Below are positions 1 to 8,421 of a DNA stretch of 64,000 nucleotides, in pieces (the first letter of the stretch is position 1; each line of letters opens with the position of its first letter). Below the pieces are notes generated by a model, which had not been told where the DNA came from, made no database searches, and saw only the letters and a program-made list of their open reading frames with translations. Where the stretch lies: the IMG/VR virus record IMGVR_UViG_3300045988_183378, one strand, 5' to 3'. Source of the DNA: a virus. The position numbers and the translations under genes are program-made.

Positions 1-28
1 TGTACTACCCTCATATTTTTTATCTTCT

Positions 29-1234
29 TTATCTTAGATCAAATTGCTTAATTGCATGAATATTTTCTTTATCTCTTTTATGTTGTTCTTCAACTAACTT
101 ATTTAGTTGCTTATATAAATCTTTAGCAATATCCTTATTAGACTCATGCTTAAGAGCACGATTTAATGTTTCAAAATATATATAATCTTTTCTGATTTCT
201 TTTATTGATTTTTTTGTACTTTCTAATACACCTAATAGCTTTTGTAACTCATGTTCTTTTGAAATAAGTTCCTCTTCTTTTTGTTTTAACTCTGCATCTT
301 TTTTCTTTTTTTCTTTTTCAAATTCTTCTTTTTCAAGTTCAATCTTTTCAAAGTCTGCATCTACTTTTTTTATTTCTTGCTTTAGTTCTTCTTTTAATTC
401 CTGGCGTAATGAATTTTCTAAAACTAAATAATGATATTTCACATTCTGAAATTCATCTAATACTCTTTCTTCGTAAGATGGCAAAATATGCCCATTACTA
501 TCCAATTCTTTCGGGTTAACCTTTATTATTTCACTTTCATCCATTATTTTACCAAGAGTGGCTTTTTTGAATTTAGATATATCAGAATAGTTAGGATATA
601 ATTTATTTTCCAATTCTTTAGAAGCCCTTATTTCTTTTTTAGAAACACCCCTTGATAACCCAAATTGTGAACCTACTTTCTTTGCATATTCAGTCTGCAA
701 TTTTGATAAATCAGTCGGGCCATTAATAAATGATTTAGCACTTAACCTACCTTTATTATTAATAGGAACAATTAAAGCATGTAAATGAGGAGTTGATTCA
801 TCCATATGTAATACTAAATGCTTTAAATTGTTTTTACCAAAACGCTCTTCAAGCCATTTTTTATTTTCCTGACACCATTTATCTAGGTCTTTTTCTGAAA
901 TAATATCTTTCCAGTCTTTCCCATCTGCCGGATTAAAACCTAAACAAATTTCAAATGCATAAACTGCATCAGGACGAACTTTTCCCATTGTACCATTATC
1001 TTGAATTTCTTTAATTGCATTTTTTACAACAGTCTGATAGGAGTAATGGCTTCCATCAATCATTTTAGGAAGTTCAACAATATCTTTATTTAAATTTTGT
1101 TTTTCAGAATCACAATTATCTGGTACATACTCCCTTAAATTATGTTCGCCTGCAGATCTAACACTATATCTGCCATTAGCGTTTAGTGAATTTAATTTCA
1201 TGATTTTGCAAATTGTATAAGATTTATCTGACAT
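29..1234 (-). CDS. MobV/Pre-family plasmid mobilisation relaxase
   Basis: N-terminal YTICKI...EHNLRE (HxxR motif) and LHMDESTPHLHALIVP (HxDE..PHxH metal motif) typical of MobV/Pre relaxases; conserved promoter motif on minus strand at 1268-1283. Confidence 0.8.
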   Translation of the reverse strand: MSDKSYTICKIMKLNSLNANGRYSVRSAGEHNLREYVPDNCDSEKQNLNKDIVELPKMIDGSHYSYQTVVKNAIKEIQDNGTMGKVRPDAVYAFEICLGFNPADGKDWKDIISEKDLDKWCQENKKWLEERFGKNNLKHLVLHMDESTPHLHALIVPINNKGRLSAKSFINGPTDLSKLQTEYAKKVGSQFGLSRGVSKKEIRASKELENKLYPNYSDISKFKKATLGKIMDESEIIKVNPKELDSNGHILPSYEERVLDEFQNVKYHYLVLENSLRQELKEELKQEIKKVDADFEKIELEKEEFEKEKKKKDAELKQKEEELISKEHELQKLLGVLESTKKSIKEIRKDYIYFETLNRALKHESNKDIAKDLYKQLNKLVEEQHKRDKENIHAIKQFDLR

Positions 1235-1267
1235 TCAAATACCTCAACTTTCAAATAATATTAATTA

Positions 1268-1283
1268 AGATATGACAGAAAAA
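1268..1283 (-). promoter_or_regulatory. conserved CTGTCATAT-type promoter motif (minus strand) for relaxase gene
   Basis: + strand reads gatATGACAGaaaaaa = revcomp TTTTTTCTGTCATATC; about 35 bp upstream of start codon at 1234. Confidence 0.55.
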
Positions 1284-1285
1284 AT

Positions 1286-1312
1286 AATAAAGTGTATATA
1301 TACACTTATAAT
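1286..1312. promoter_or_regulatory. candidate oriT / operator palindrome between divergent promoters
   Basis: perfect 14-bp palindrome GTGTATATATACAC immediately upstream of the MobV gene, where MobV oriTs usually lie. Confidence 0.25.
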
Positions 1313-1348
1313 TAATTTATTTTTTTATTAATTTTGCAGTTTGATTTT

Positions 1349-1364
1349 TTTTTCTGTCATACAT
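1349..1364 (+). promoter_or_regulatory. conserved promoter motif TTTTTCTGTCATAc
   Basis: core CTGTCAT 1354-1360; ATG at 1401. Confidence 0.55.
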
Positions 1365-1400
1365 TATTTAGTAATAAAAAATGAAAGGAGCATATATAGT

Positions 1401-2222
1401 ATGAATATGCAGACAATAAGCCTTTTTGAAGAGGGTAATGGAGTACATATTGTTATTCCGAATACAAAAATTGAAGAAATAAAGAATCTAATGGCAGCAT
1501 TATTAATTAATAATGTTGGAGCAAATACAAAGGAGTCAGTTTTAAATGTAGAAGCTCCTGTTGTTGCAAAGGAAATCGCCCCAACACTTGAAGATATTAA
1601 TGCAGAAAAAGAAAAAATCTCGTCTAAAATTGCTGAATCAGAAATAACTGAAATGGTTGAAGAACCAGTTTTAGATGAAAAGGAATTGCCTTGGAATCAG
1701 GATGATACTTCTAATGATTCTGTTGATGACACTATTGCTGACACTATTGTTGATACCATTAATGAACCTATTAATGAAGAAGCAAATAATGATTCACAGG
1801 TATCAGAAAGTACAGCAGTTATTACAGAGGTCCCAGAATATAATGAACAGGTCGGTGATGAATTAGTTTCAAGTGAAAATGAAGATGTATCTGAAGCTGT
1901 TTACAATAATTCAAATACTGATGTATCAGACACAGTAAATGTTGACCCAGTAGAAGAATCATCAGAATCAGAATCTTCAGTTCCAGTAACATCTAATGAT
2001 AGTTCAGATGATTCTGAAATGGTATTAAAGATTTCTGCTAATAAAAATGCAGATGCAGTTATAGGCGGTCTTGAAGCCACATTAATGTACGCTAAGATTA
2101 CTCCAGAAATGAAGCTTAGCAATGATAAGACAGCAGTTATTATTAATGCAGAAAATCTTGATCAGAATACAAAGGACATTATCCTTAGAACGGCAAGAAT
2201 AACCAGAAACTTTGATATGTAA
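1401..2222 (+). CDS. highly acidic low-complexity protein (D/E/S/T/N-rich), unknown function
   Basis: ORF 1341..2222 in track; RBS aaaggag before ATG 1401; acidic repeats DSVDDTIADTIVDT; internal antisense ORFs 1675..1866, 1901..2122 are spurious. Confidence 0.5.
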   Translation: MNMQTISLFEEGNGVHIVIPNTKIEEIKNLMAALLINNVGANTKESVLNVEAPVVAKEIAPTLEDINAEKEKISSKIAESEITEMVEEPVLDEKELPWNQDDTSNDSVDDTIADTIVDTINEPINEEANNDSQVSESTAVITEVPEYNEQVGDELVSSENEDVSEAVYNNSNTDVSDTVNVDPVEESSESESSVPVTSNDSSDDSEMVLKISANKNADAVIGGLEATLMYAKITPEMKLSNDKTAVIINAENLDQNTKDIILRTARITRNFDM

Positions 2223-2244
2223 AATGAAAAGGAGAAAGTATATA

Positions 2245-2415
2245 TGAGTACAAGTGAGTATGTCGATATGTTGCTTAAAGGAAGAAAACAAATGATTTCA
2301 TATTTAGAATATCTGGAAACGCTTTCCATTTTCGATTTAGCGAAGGAATTGGAAGACAATAATATTAGAATCAATATTAACGATTCTCATATAACAGGCT
2401 GTATAACAGCTTAAG
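2245..2415 (+). CDS. small hypothetical protein (56 aa)
   Basis: RBS aaaggagaaagtatatATG; MSTSEYVDMLLKGRKQ...; followed by terminator 2421-2452. Confidence 0.3.
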
Positions 2416-2420
2416 AAAAA

Positions 2421-2452
2421 AAGGTTGGGCAATAAAGCTCAACCTTTTTTAT
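2421..2452. terminator. rho-independent terminator (bidirectional)
   Basis: aaggttgggcaataaagctcaacctttttt hairpin + T tract. Confidence 0.6.
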
Positions 2453-2577
2453 GTTTAATTATTGCAAATTCACCCGTCTTTGAATCTACAATACTAAATT
2501 AATTTTCAATCAAAAAACTACATAATATTTCCTCCTTTAATGAAACGCTATTTATATATATGACAGATTTTATTTTT

Positions 2578-2593
2578 TATGTCTGTCATATTA
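2578..2593 (+). promoter_or_regulatory. conserved promoter motif
   Basis: core CTGTCAT 2583-2589; ATG 2674; inverted copy ATGACAG at 2560-2566 forms palindrome. Confidence 0.5.
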
Positions 2594-2673
2594 TTTTTAG
2601 ATGTTTTGTGTAATAAAAACTTCAATATTATTTTAGAAAGGAAGTTGCTAATATAGCAACAAGGTAGTAATTT

Positions 2674-3390
2674 ATGAACAATAAAAATAACCCAATTAAT
2701 TCATATAATATGTTGAGTAAACTGCCGGATATCAGACCAGTTCATTCTCTTATTATTATTTTTAATCTTGCACTTATTATAGGTGGACTTGTTTGCGAAA
2801 TTATTTTTTACGGAACAGAAAATTTTGCAGGTGTAATTGCCAGCGGAATAATTGCGGGTTCAAATTTATTATGTTTTTTGATTCTTAAAAATGTTATTAA
2901 TTGGTACCCTCAGGCTAGATTTGAAATATATAATGAATATATTGATTTTAGCTATTTTGTACCTGGAATTGACAAAATGACAGATTATAAAGTTGAACAA
3001 ATTGACCATATTAAAGAAACATTTGATGGTTTAATAGTATCAGGTATTATAAAACATAAACCTGCAGCAAAACTTAATTATGAAGCACTTGATAAATACA
3101 AATTTTATATTGCTAATAAGGAATTAAAAAACAAAATATTATTAGAATTGCAGGAATTCAAAAAAAGGCAATATATTAATGAGTTAAATAATTGTTTAGC
3201 TGATAAACCAGAAGAAAAAAATAATGATTCAAATAATATAGATATAGTTACTGAATCTACTGAAATGCCTGATTTAGAACAAAATATAAAAATGGTTAAA
3301 GACGAAATGGCAAAAAAACTAAACGATTCTGATAGGATGGATATTACAATTGATAAACCAAATATAAAAGTAACTACTTCAACAAAATAA
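2674..3390 (+). CDS. membrane protein (2 N-terminal TM helices), unknown function
   Basis: ORF track; hydrophobic segments LIIIFNLALIIGGLV and IASGIIAGSNLLCFLIL; K/E-rich C-terminus. Confidence 0.5.
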   Translation: MNNKNNPINSYNMLSKLPDIRPVHSLIIIFNLALIIGGLVCEIIFYGTENFAGVIASGIIAGSNLLCFLILKNVINWYPQARFEIYNEYIDFSYFVPGIDKMTDYKVEQIDHIKETFDGLIVSGIIKHKPAAKLNYEALDKYKFYIANKELKNKILLELQEFKKRQYINELNNCLADKPEEKNNDSNNIDIVTESTEMPDLEQNIKMVKDEMAKKLNDSDRMDITIDKPNIKVTTSTK

Positions 3391-3393
3391 TAA

Positions 3394-3448
3394 TTATCGC
3401 AATTAAGCAAAAAACTCCATCCAACAATAGTCGGTTGTGAGTAGTTCA
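3394..3448 (+). repeat. 57-bp hairpin repeat element, copy 1
   Basis: TTATCGCAATTAAGCAAAAAACTCCATCCaACAATAGTCGGTTGTGAGTAGTTCA; followed by terminator. Confidence 0.7.
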
Positions 3449-3455
3449 GATAGAA

Positions 3456-3502
3456 AAAGACTTAGTATGTATATAATATATATCATACTAAGTCTTTTTA
3501 TT
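3456..3502. terminator. rho-independent terminator (bidirectional)
   Basis: aagacttagtatg...catactaagtcttttt long perfect hairpin flanked by A/T tracts. Confidence 0.65.
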
Positions 3503-3900
3503 TATTTATAAATTTTATTCCATTCTGAATTTTTACAGATTAAATCTATGTCATCATCAGACATATTCAACAACATTTTTATTTCTTTTTTACCGTTTTC
3601 CGTAAAACACATAGCAGCTAAATATTGATCAAAAGACATCCATAATTTATGTTTCTTTAGTTTAGAAATAATAAATAATTTTGCATATAATTTATCCTTA
3701 ATATTATTAGGCATTATATTAACAAATACATTGTTTTTTATTGCTAAATCGGTCATTACATTTATATTAACCACATCGTTATGAGTATCTTTCCAATTAA
3801 AATGATTTTTTATATATTTGATAGACTCATTCTTTCCAACAAAAAACATTTTTCCATTTCCAAATTCAATTGAAAAAATATTAAGTTTGTTCATATTCAT
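3502..3900 (-). CDS. hypothetical protein (132 aa), minus strand
   Basis: ORF track; one of only two minus-strand genes; ends at bidirectional terminator. Confidence 0.45.
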   Translation of the reverse strand: MNMNKLNIFSIEFGNGKMFFVGKNESIKYIKNHFNWKDTHNDVVNINVMTDLAIKNNVFVNIMPNNIKDKLYAKLFIISKLKKHKLWMSFDQYLAAMCFTENGKKEIKMLLNMSDDDIDLICKNSEWNKIYK

Positions 3901-3976
3901 TTTACTCTCCTTAATTTTACAATATTAAATAATATACTATATATAAAATGAATTTACAAATTTATATCCAATTTTA

Positions 3977-3992
3977 TTTTTCTGACATATAT
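3977..3992 (+). promoter_or_regulatory. conserved promoter motif variant TTTTTCTGaCATAT
   Basis: core CTGACAT 3982-3988; ATG 4027. Confidence 0.45.
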
Positions 3993-4026
3993 ATTACATC
4001 AATTAATTAAAGGAGGCGTATTCAAA

Positions 4027-4227
4027 ATGATAGAACATATTGTTTTTAATGTGCAGGCAAATAAAACTTTATCTGATACTAATGAATCATTCTATGGATG
4101 CTGGACAAAAGGACATACATATGAATGTATTGCATTTGGCGATTTCGTATCAGTAAGAAATGATTCTGGGATGTATACACAATTTACAAAAGAAGCTTTC
4201 GAAAAATTTAAAGATAAAATTGCGTAA
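4027..4227 (+). CDS. small hypothetical protein (66 aa), first gene of PARP operon
   Basis: RBS aaaggaggcgtattcaaaATG; ORF track. Confidence 0.5.
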   Translation: MIEHIVFNVQANKTLSDTNESFYGCWTKGHTYECIAFGDFVSVRNDSGMYTQFTKEAFEKFKDKIA

Positions 4228-4243
4228 TATATAAGGAGGATTT

Positions 4244-5530
4244 ATGAAACAGGCAGATATAAATACAATACCAAATCATGAATATTTGGAACTTAATTAT
4301 GTTGCAGAAACAGCTACAGGTAAAGGTAATAATCAACAGATTATTATGCAGGTTAATGCCAATAATAAGAATGTTTTTGATGTTACTGAAGGTAGAATTG
4401 GAATCAGGATAGGAAGGAACAGGCCAAGGACATATTCACTTCCTATGACTAATTGGGATTCTTTTTATTTGTCTAAGGTAAATAGAGGTTGGTTGCTTAC
4501 AAAGACTCAAAAAATGGAGAAAAAAAAGATTACAAAAAAAGGTTTAAGTTTTAATGGCGGCACATATGCACAGACTGGAATTTTCTCTGTTGATTCTATT
4601 ATAACAAAACTGCTTTCATACGCTAATAAGGTTATTTCAGATAATTATTCAACTTCAGTTGAAGATATTTCAGATGAGATGCTTGAATATGGTAATTCGA
4701 TTTTGACTGAATTAGCTAAGAACCATGATTCTATGTCAATTGCAGAGTTTAATAATAAATTAAAAGTATTATATGCTGCAATTCCTAGAAGAATGGATAA
4801 TTTATCTAAACATTTGGCTAAAAGAAAGATTGAATTTGTGGATATCATTGACAAAGAGCAGGAACTGTTTGATATTGTGTATTCTCAGGTAAGATCTAAT
4901 AGTAATTTAGCTAAATATGACACTATGCCAACAGTTCTTCAGGCCTATGGACTTGAATGGAGACCTGTATCTGACGAAGAAGAGACTAAAATCAAGAAGT
5001 TTATGGGAGAAAATGCAAAGCAATATAAAAATGCTTGGAGAATCATTAATAAAAAGACCGAAAAGGCTTTCAATGAATATTGTGCTAAAGAAAATTTAAG
5101 TGATGAAAATAATGGAATATCTCATTTATTTCATGGTTCAAGATCAGAAAACTTCTGGTCCATTATAACTAATGGTTTAACAATAAATCCAGTTGGAGTT
5201 GTAACTAATGGAAAGATGTTTGGATTAGGTACATATTTTGCTAATAAGGCAAAAAAATCGATGGGATATACTTCAAGCTCCGGTTCTTATTGGACTCATG
5301 GTAGTGAAGCAATTGGATATTTAGGCATTTTCAAAGTGGCTACTGGTAAAACATATGATGTAACATCTGCTGAAAGTGATTTAACTTATAATGTTTTACA
5401 ACAGAGATGCCCTGGCGCTCATTGTACTTTTGCTCATGCGGGCCATAGTTTATGTAATGATGAAATTATTGTATATCAGGATCAGCAAAGTACTATAGAA
5501 TATTTTGTTGAATTTACAGCAGCTCAGTAA
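4244..5530 (+). CDS. PARP1-like ADP-ribosyltransferase: WGR domain + helical domain + PARP catalytic domain (H-Y-E triad)
   Basis: WGR-like segment EGRIGIRIGRNRPRTYSLPMTNWDSFYLSKVNRGW; catalytic motifs LFHGSRSENFWSIITNGL (H-G-S), GLGTYFANKAKKSMGY (Y-F-A), NDEIIVYQ (catalytic E) colinear with PARP1 LLWHGSR...GKGIYFAD...YNEYIVY. Confidence 0.75.
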   Translation: MKQADINTIPNHEYLELNYVAETATGKGNNQQIIMQVNANNKNVFDVTEGRIGIRIGRNRPRTYSLPMTNWDSFYLSKVNRGWLLTKTQKMEKKKITKKGLSFNGGTYAQTGIFSVDSIITKLLSYANKVISDNYSTSVEDISDEMLEYGNSILTELAKNHDSMSIAEFNNKLKVLYAAIPRRMDNLSKHLAKRKIEFVDIIDKEQELFDIVYSQVRSNSNLAKYDTMPTVLQAYGLEWRPVSDEEETKIKKFMGENAKQYKNAWRIINKKTEKAFNEYCAKENLSDENNGISHLFHGSRSENFWSIITNGLTINPVGVVTNGKMFGLGTYFANKAKKSMGYTSSSGSYWTHGSEAIGYLGIFKVATGKTYDVTSAESDLTYNVLQQRCPGAHCTFAHAGHSLCNDEIIVYQDQQSTIEYFVEFTAAQ

Positions 5531-5542
5531 GGAGGAAATTTT

Positions 5543-5686
5543 ATGAAAAAGAAAAATATATATGAATTAAAACGAGCAGGTATATGCTGCGAAGAAGAAA
5601 TGAAAAAAGTATATAGATTTTCTCCATTGCCTCCTGAGGCAATCACTTTTATAAATAATTTACATCAGAAAAAAATTAATAAATAA
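5543..5686 (+). CDS. small hypothetical protein (47 aa)
   Basis: RBS taaggaggaaattttATG; MKKKNIYELKRAGICCEEE...; followed by terminator. Confidence 0.3.
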   Translation: MKKKNIYELKRAGICCEEEMKKVYRFSPLPPEAITFINNLHQKKINK

Positions 5687-5696
5687 TGATTGTGTA

Positions 5697-5733
5697 AAGC
5701 GTAGAATTAATTATTCTACGCTTTATTTATTTT
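5697..5733 (+). terminator. rho-independent terminator
   Basis: aaagcgtagaattaattattctacgcttt + T tract. Confidence 0.6.
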
Positions 5734-5748
5734 AATTCTGTCATATTA
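5733..5748 (+). promoter_or_regulatory. conserved promoter motif (drives short noncoding unit)
   Basis: core CTGTCAT 5738-5744; no ORF before terminator-like structure at 5795-5848. Confidence 0.45.
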
Positions 5749-5749
5749 T

Positions 5750-5848
5750 TATTAGCTAAAAATAAAGGAGCTAATTATATTTTTTATAAAAAGGGTTCAG
5801 CGGTAACGGTAAGCATGATCTTACTTAGTCACGTTGAACTCTTTTTTT
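5750..5848 (+). ncRNA. candidate small RNA (promoter-to-U-tract unit, about 100 nt)
   Basis: GC-richer structured segment gttcagcggtaacggtaagcatgatcttacttagtcacgttgaac followed by tctttttttaa; no start codon after the aaaggag. Confidence 0.25.
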
Positions 5849-5851
5849 AAT

Positions 5852-5867
5852 ATTATCTGTCATATAT
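5852..5867 (+). promoter_or_regulatory. conserved promoter motif
   Basis: core CTGTCAT 5857-5863; ATG 5905. Confidence 0.55.
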
Positions 5868-5904
5868 ATATTAATATAACTTTTTTTGACTATAAGGAGG
5901 ACCT

Positions 5905-7119
5905 ATGGATAGAGAACAAGAAAGATTAAATACATCACTTTTATGTGGTTGGTCAGTAATAACAATAACACTATTAGGCATTTATTTTGGTGAAATGTTA
6001 AAACATGCTATATCACCACCATATTTTGCAATATTTGCTATATTAATCAGTATCCCGAATTTAACAGGGTGGTTGGTTTTTATTTATAATAAAAACTGGC
6101 TATTTTTAAAATATTTTGTAACATTCTCGTTTTTAATAATGTATACATTTACCTTATTTACAGGAAATACTGTTTTATGTTTTACTTATATATTTCCAAT
6201 TATCCTGCTTTTAATTTTATATTATGATCCAACTTTAATTATAGTAACCGGGTTATTTTCGACAGTGTTGAATATTACAGCAATATTTATTAAGACATAT
6301 AATAAAATTGATAAATCAGGTGGCAAAGACATGGAGATACAACTTGCAATAATTATTTTATGCTTTGCTGCAGCATATATTGTTTCAAAGTTTTATAAAA
6401 GAAATACAGACCTAAATTTACAAAATACACAAACAATAATAAATCAAATAGAACAAATTAATAAAATGTCTCTCCAAACAATTACAACTATAGCAAATAT
6501 TATCGATGCCAGAGATAATTACACCAAAGGCCATTCAACCAGAGTGGCAGATTATACAGCCTTATTAGCATATAAATTAGGAATGAATAAAAATGAGATT
6601 GAAGATATTCATTCAATAGCACTATTGCATGATATAGGGAAACTAGGAATCCCGGATAGCATATTAAATAAACCAGGGAAATTAACAAATGAAGAGTACC
6701 AAGTAATGAAGAACCACACAGTAATAGGCGGAAATATCTTAAAAGATATGTCAATGCTTAAGGACATTGATTTGGGAGCAAAATATCATCATGAAAGATA
6801 TGATGGAAAAGGATACCCAGATGGCTTAAAGGGAGAACAAATACCTTATATTGCAAGAATTATTTCTGTAGCAGATGCCTTTGACGCAATGACAAGTGAC
6901 AGAGTATATAGGAAACATTTAGATTCAATAATTGTAATCAATGAGCTTGAAAAAGGTAAAAGTACTCAATTTGATCCGGTAATTGCAGATGCTATGTTAA
7001 GTTTAATTAAATCTGAGAAAATCAAAATGAATTATAATGCTTTACTTGAAGAAATTGATTTAGCAGAAAATTTGAATGAATTGTATCCGGAGAAAGAATT
7101 TTATGATGCAACAGAGTAA
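5905..7119 (+). CDS. membrane-anchored HD-GYP domain phosphodiesterase (c-di-GMP hydrolase-type)
   Basis: 5-6 N-terminal TM helices; HD motif ALLHDIGK, HHERYDGKGYP (GYP motif), ISVADAFDAMTSDRVYR. Confidence 0.8.
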   Translation: MDREQERLNTSLLCGWSVITITLLGIYFGEMLKHAISPPYFAIFAILISIPNLTGWLVFIYNKNWLFLKYFVTFSFLIMYTFTLFTGNTVLCFTYIFPIILLLILYYDPTLIIVTGLFSTVLNITAIFIKTYNKIDKSGGKDMEIQLAIIILCFAAAYIVSKFYKRNTDLNLQNTQTIINQIEQINKMSLQTITTIANIIDARDNYTKGHSTRVADYTALLAYKLGMNKNEIEDIHSIALLHDIGKLGIPDSILNKPGKLTNEEYQVMKNHTVIGGNILKDMSMLKDIDLGAKYHHERYDGKGYPDGLKGEQIPYIARIISVADAFDAMTSDRVYRKHLDSIIVINELEKGKSTQFDPVIADAMLSLIKSEKIKMNYNALLEEIDLAENLNELYPEKEFYDATE

Positions 7120-7258
7120 TGTTAGATTTAATTAAAAAATGATAATAACTTTGTAAAATGCTCATATATTAGAAACAAAAAGATGCAATATGGCAGAAAG
7201 GAGAATTGCTTCTTCCCTTATCTTCAGATAAGGGATTCAGTGATTAATAAATATTATT

Positions 7259-8392
7259 ATGAAAACAATAGAAAAAATTAAAATACAAGATAATACAATA
7301 GATCATACAGAAAAACAAACCAGTTTATACGCATATTTGTATAATAAATTTCAAAATAAAATAATGGCTATTAACCTTCTTATAATAATCACAATATTTG
7401 TTTTTGAATTATTATTTATACCAATACATATAATAATAGAAAAACAAACAATAAATATATTATCTTATATTATATTGAATGTATTTACACCTACTACATC
7501 TAATTTAATAATATGGTTTACCGGTAGACAAATTATAAGAAAATATCAAGATAATATTAAACCAGAAATATATGAAGCCATGCCTTTGTATATTTTAACT
7601 TTAATTATAGTGGTTTCAATTATCATTCATTATAATTATCCGGTATTATATACATTAATAGCCTGCCCAATTTTTATGTGTATTGTATATGGTAGTAACA
7701 AGGTTAATTGGCAATTATTTTTGATAAGTCAATTTGAAATTATTACAATTTCATTATCATCAATCTCTGAATTAAATAAGTTACCATCAAATTATTTAAT
7801 ATATATGTTTTTATCATGTATCATAACAATATTTGCATATATTTATTCGAGACTTGTTATTAAATATGAGAAAGAAAAAGAACTTAAACTGGTTTTATCT
7901 GAAAATAGAAATGCACAATTACTAAAAGAAATTTCACAAGATGGATTAACTCGATTAGATAATTATATGTCTCTTTTTAATACAACAAAGAAATGGATAT
8001 CATATAAGAAAAAACTTTATTTTTGTATAATAGATATAGATGATTTTAAATCAGTTAACGATACATATGGACATGAATTTGGAAATACTGTTTTAATTAA
8101 TTTAGCTAAGGAACTTCAAAATATTAACCAATCAAATATTTTTGTCGCCAGATATGGAGGCGAAGAATTCGGAATATTATTTGCAGATTATGAATATACT
8201 GAGGCATATAATATAATTAACGATATCAGAATTAAATTCAACAATATTAAATATGAGAATATTCCGCAGCAATTTACTTTCTCTGGAGGAATAACAGAAT
8301 ATAAGAAAAATAATACCGTTCACGATTTATTTGATGCAGCAGATAAAAATTTGTATAAAGCTAAAAGAACAGGCAAAAATAAAATTATGTAA
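7259..8392 (+). CDS. membrane-anchored GGDEF-domain diguanylate cyclase
   Basis: 6 N-terminal TM helices; DGLTRLDN, IDIDDFKSVNDTYGHEFGN, RYGGEEFGILF (GGEEF active site), DAADKNLYKAKRTGKN; no own promoter motif or clear RBS so probably co-transcribed with HD-GYP gene. Confidence 0.8.
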   Translation: MKTIEKIKIQDNTIDHTEKQTSLYAYLYNKFQNKIMAINLLIIITIFVFELLFIPIHIIIEKQTINILSYIILNVFTPTTSNLIIWFTGRQIIRKYQDNIKPEIYEAMPLYILTLIIVVSIIIHYNYPVLYTLIACPIFMCIVYGSNKVNWQLFLISQFEIITISLSSISELNKLPSNYLIYMFLSCIITIFAYIYSRLVIKYEKEKELKLVLSENRNAQLLKEISQDGLTRLDNYMSLFNTTKKWISYKKKLYFCIIDIDDFKSVNDTYGHEFGNTVLINLAKELQNINQSNIFVARYGGEEFGILFADYEYTEAYNIINDIRIKFNNIKYENIPQQFTFSGGITEYKKNNTVHDLFDAADKNLYKAKRTGKNKIM

Positions 8393-8405
8393 AAATTTGC
8401 AATCA

Positions 8406-8421
8406 AAAATCTGTCATATAA
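8406..8421 (+). promoter_or_regulatory. conserved promoter motif (drives short noncoding unit)
   Basis: core CTGTCAT 8411-8417; next terminator at about 8591-8618; no credible ORF (track ORF 8331..8543 overlaps gene end and is likely spurious). Confidence 0.45.

Noticed and set aside
1675-2374. Overlapping ORFs 1675..1866, 1901..2122, 2082..2291, 2162..2374
   Set aside because: They lie within or antisense to the acidic low-complexity gene and the terminator region, and have no translation signals.
5790-5840. tRNA-like GC-rich segment
   Set aside because: It is only about 49 nt between potential acceptor-like pairing. There is no T-loop GTTC-R-A motif and no cloverleaf. More likely an sRNA or terminator structure.
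7120-7258. c-di-GMP riboswitch upstream of the GGDEF gene
   Set aside because: The hairpin cccttatcttcagataaggg is present, but the GEMM hallmarks (GNRA tetraloop/receptor, conserved ACGCAAAGC-like segments) are absent.
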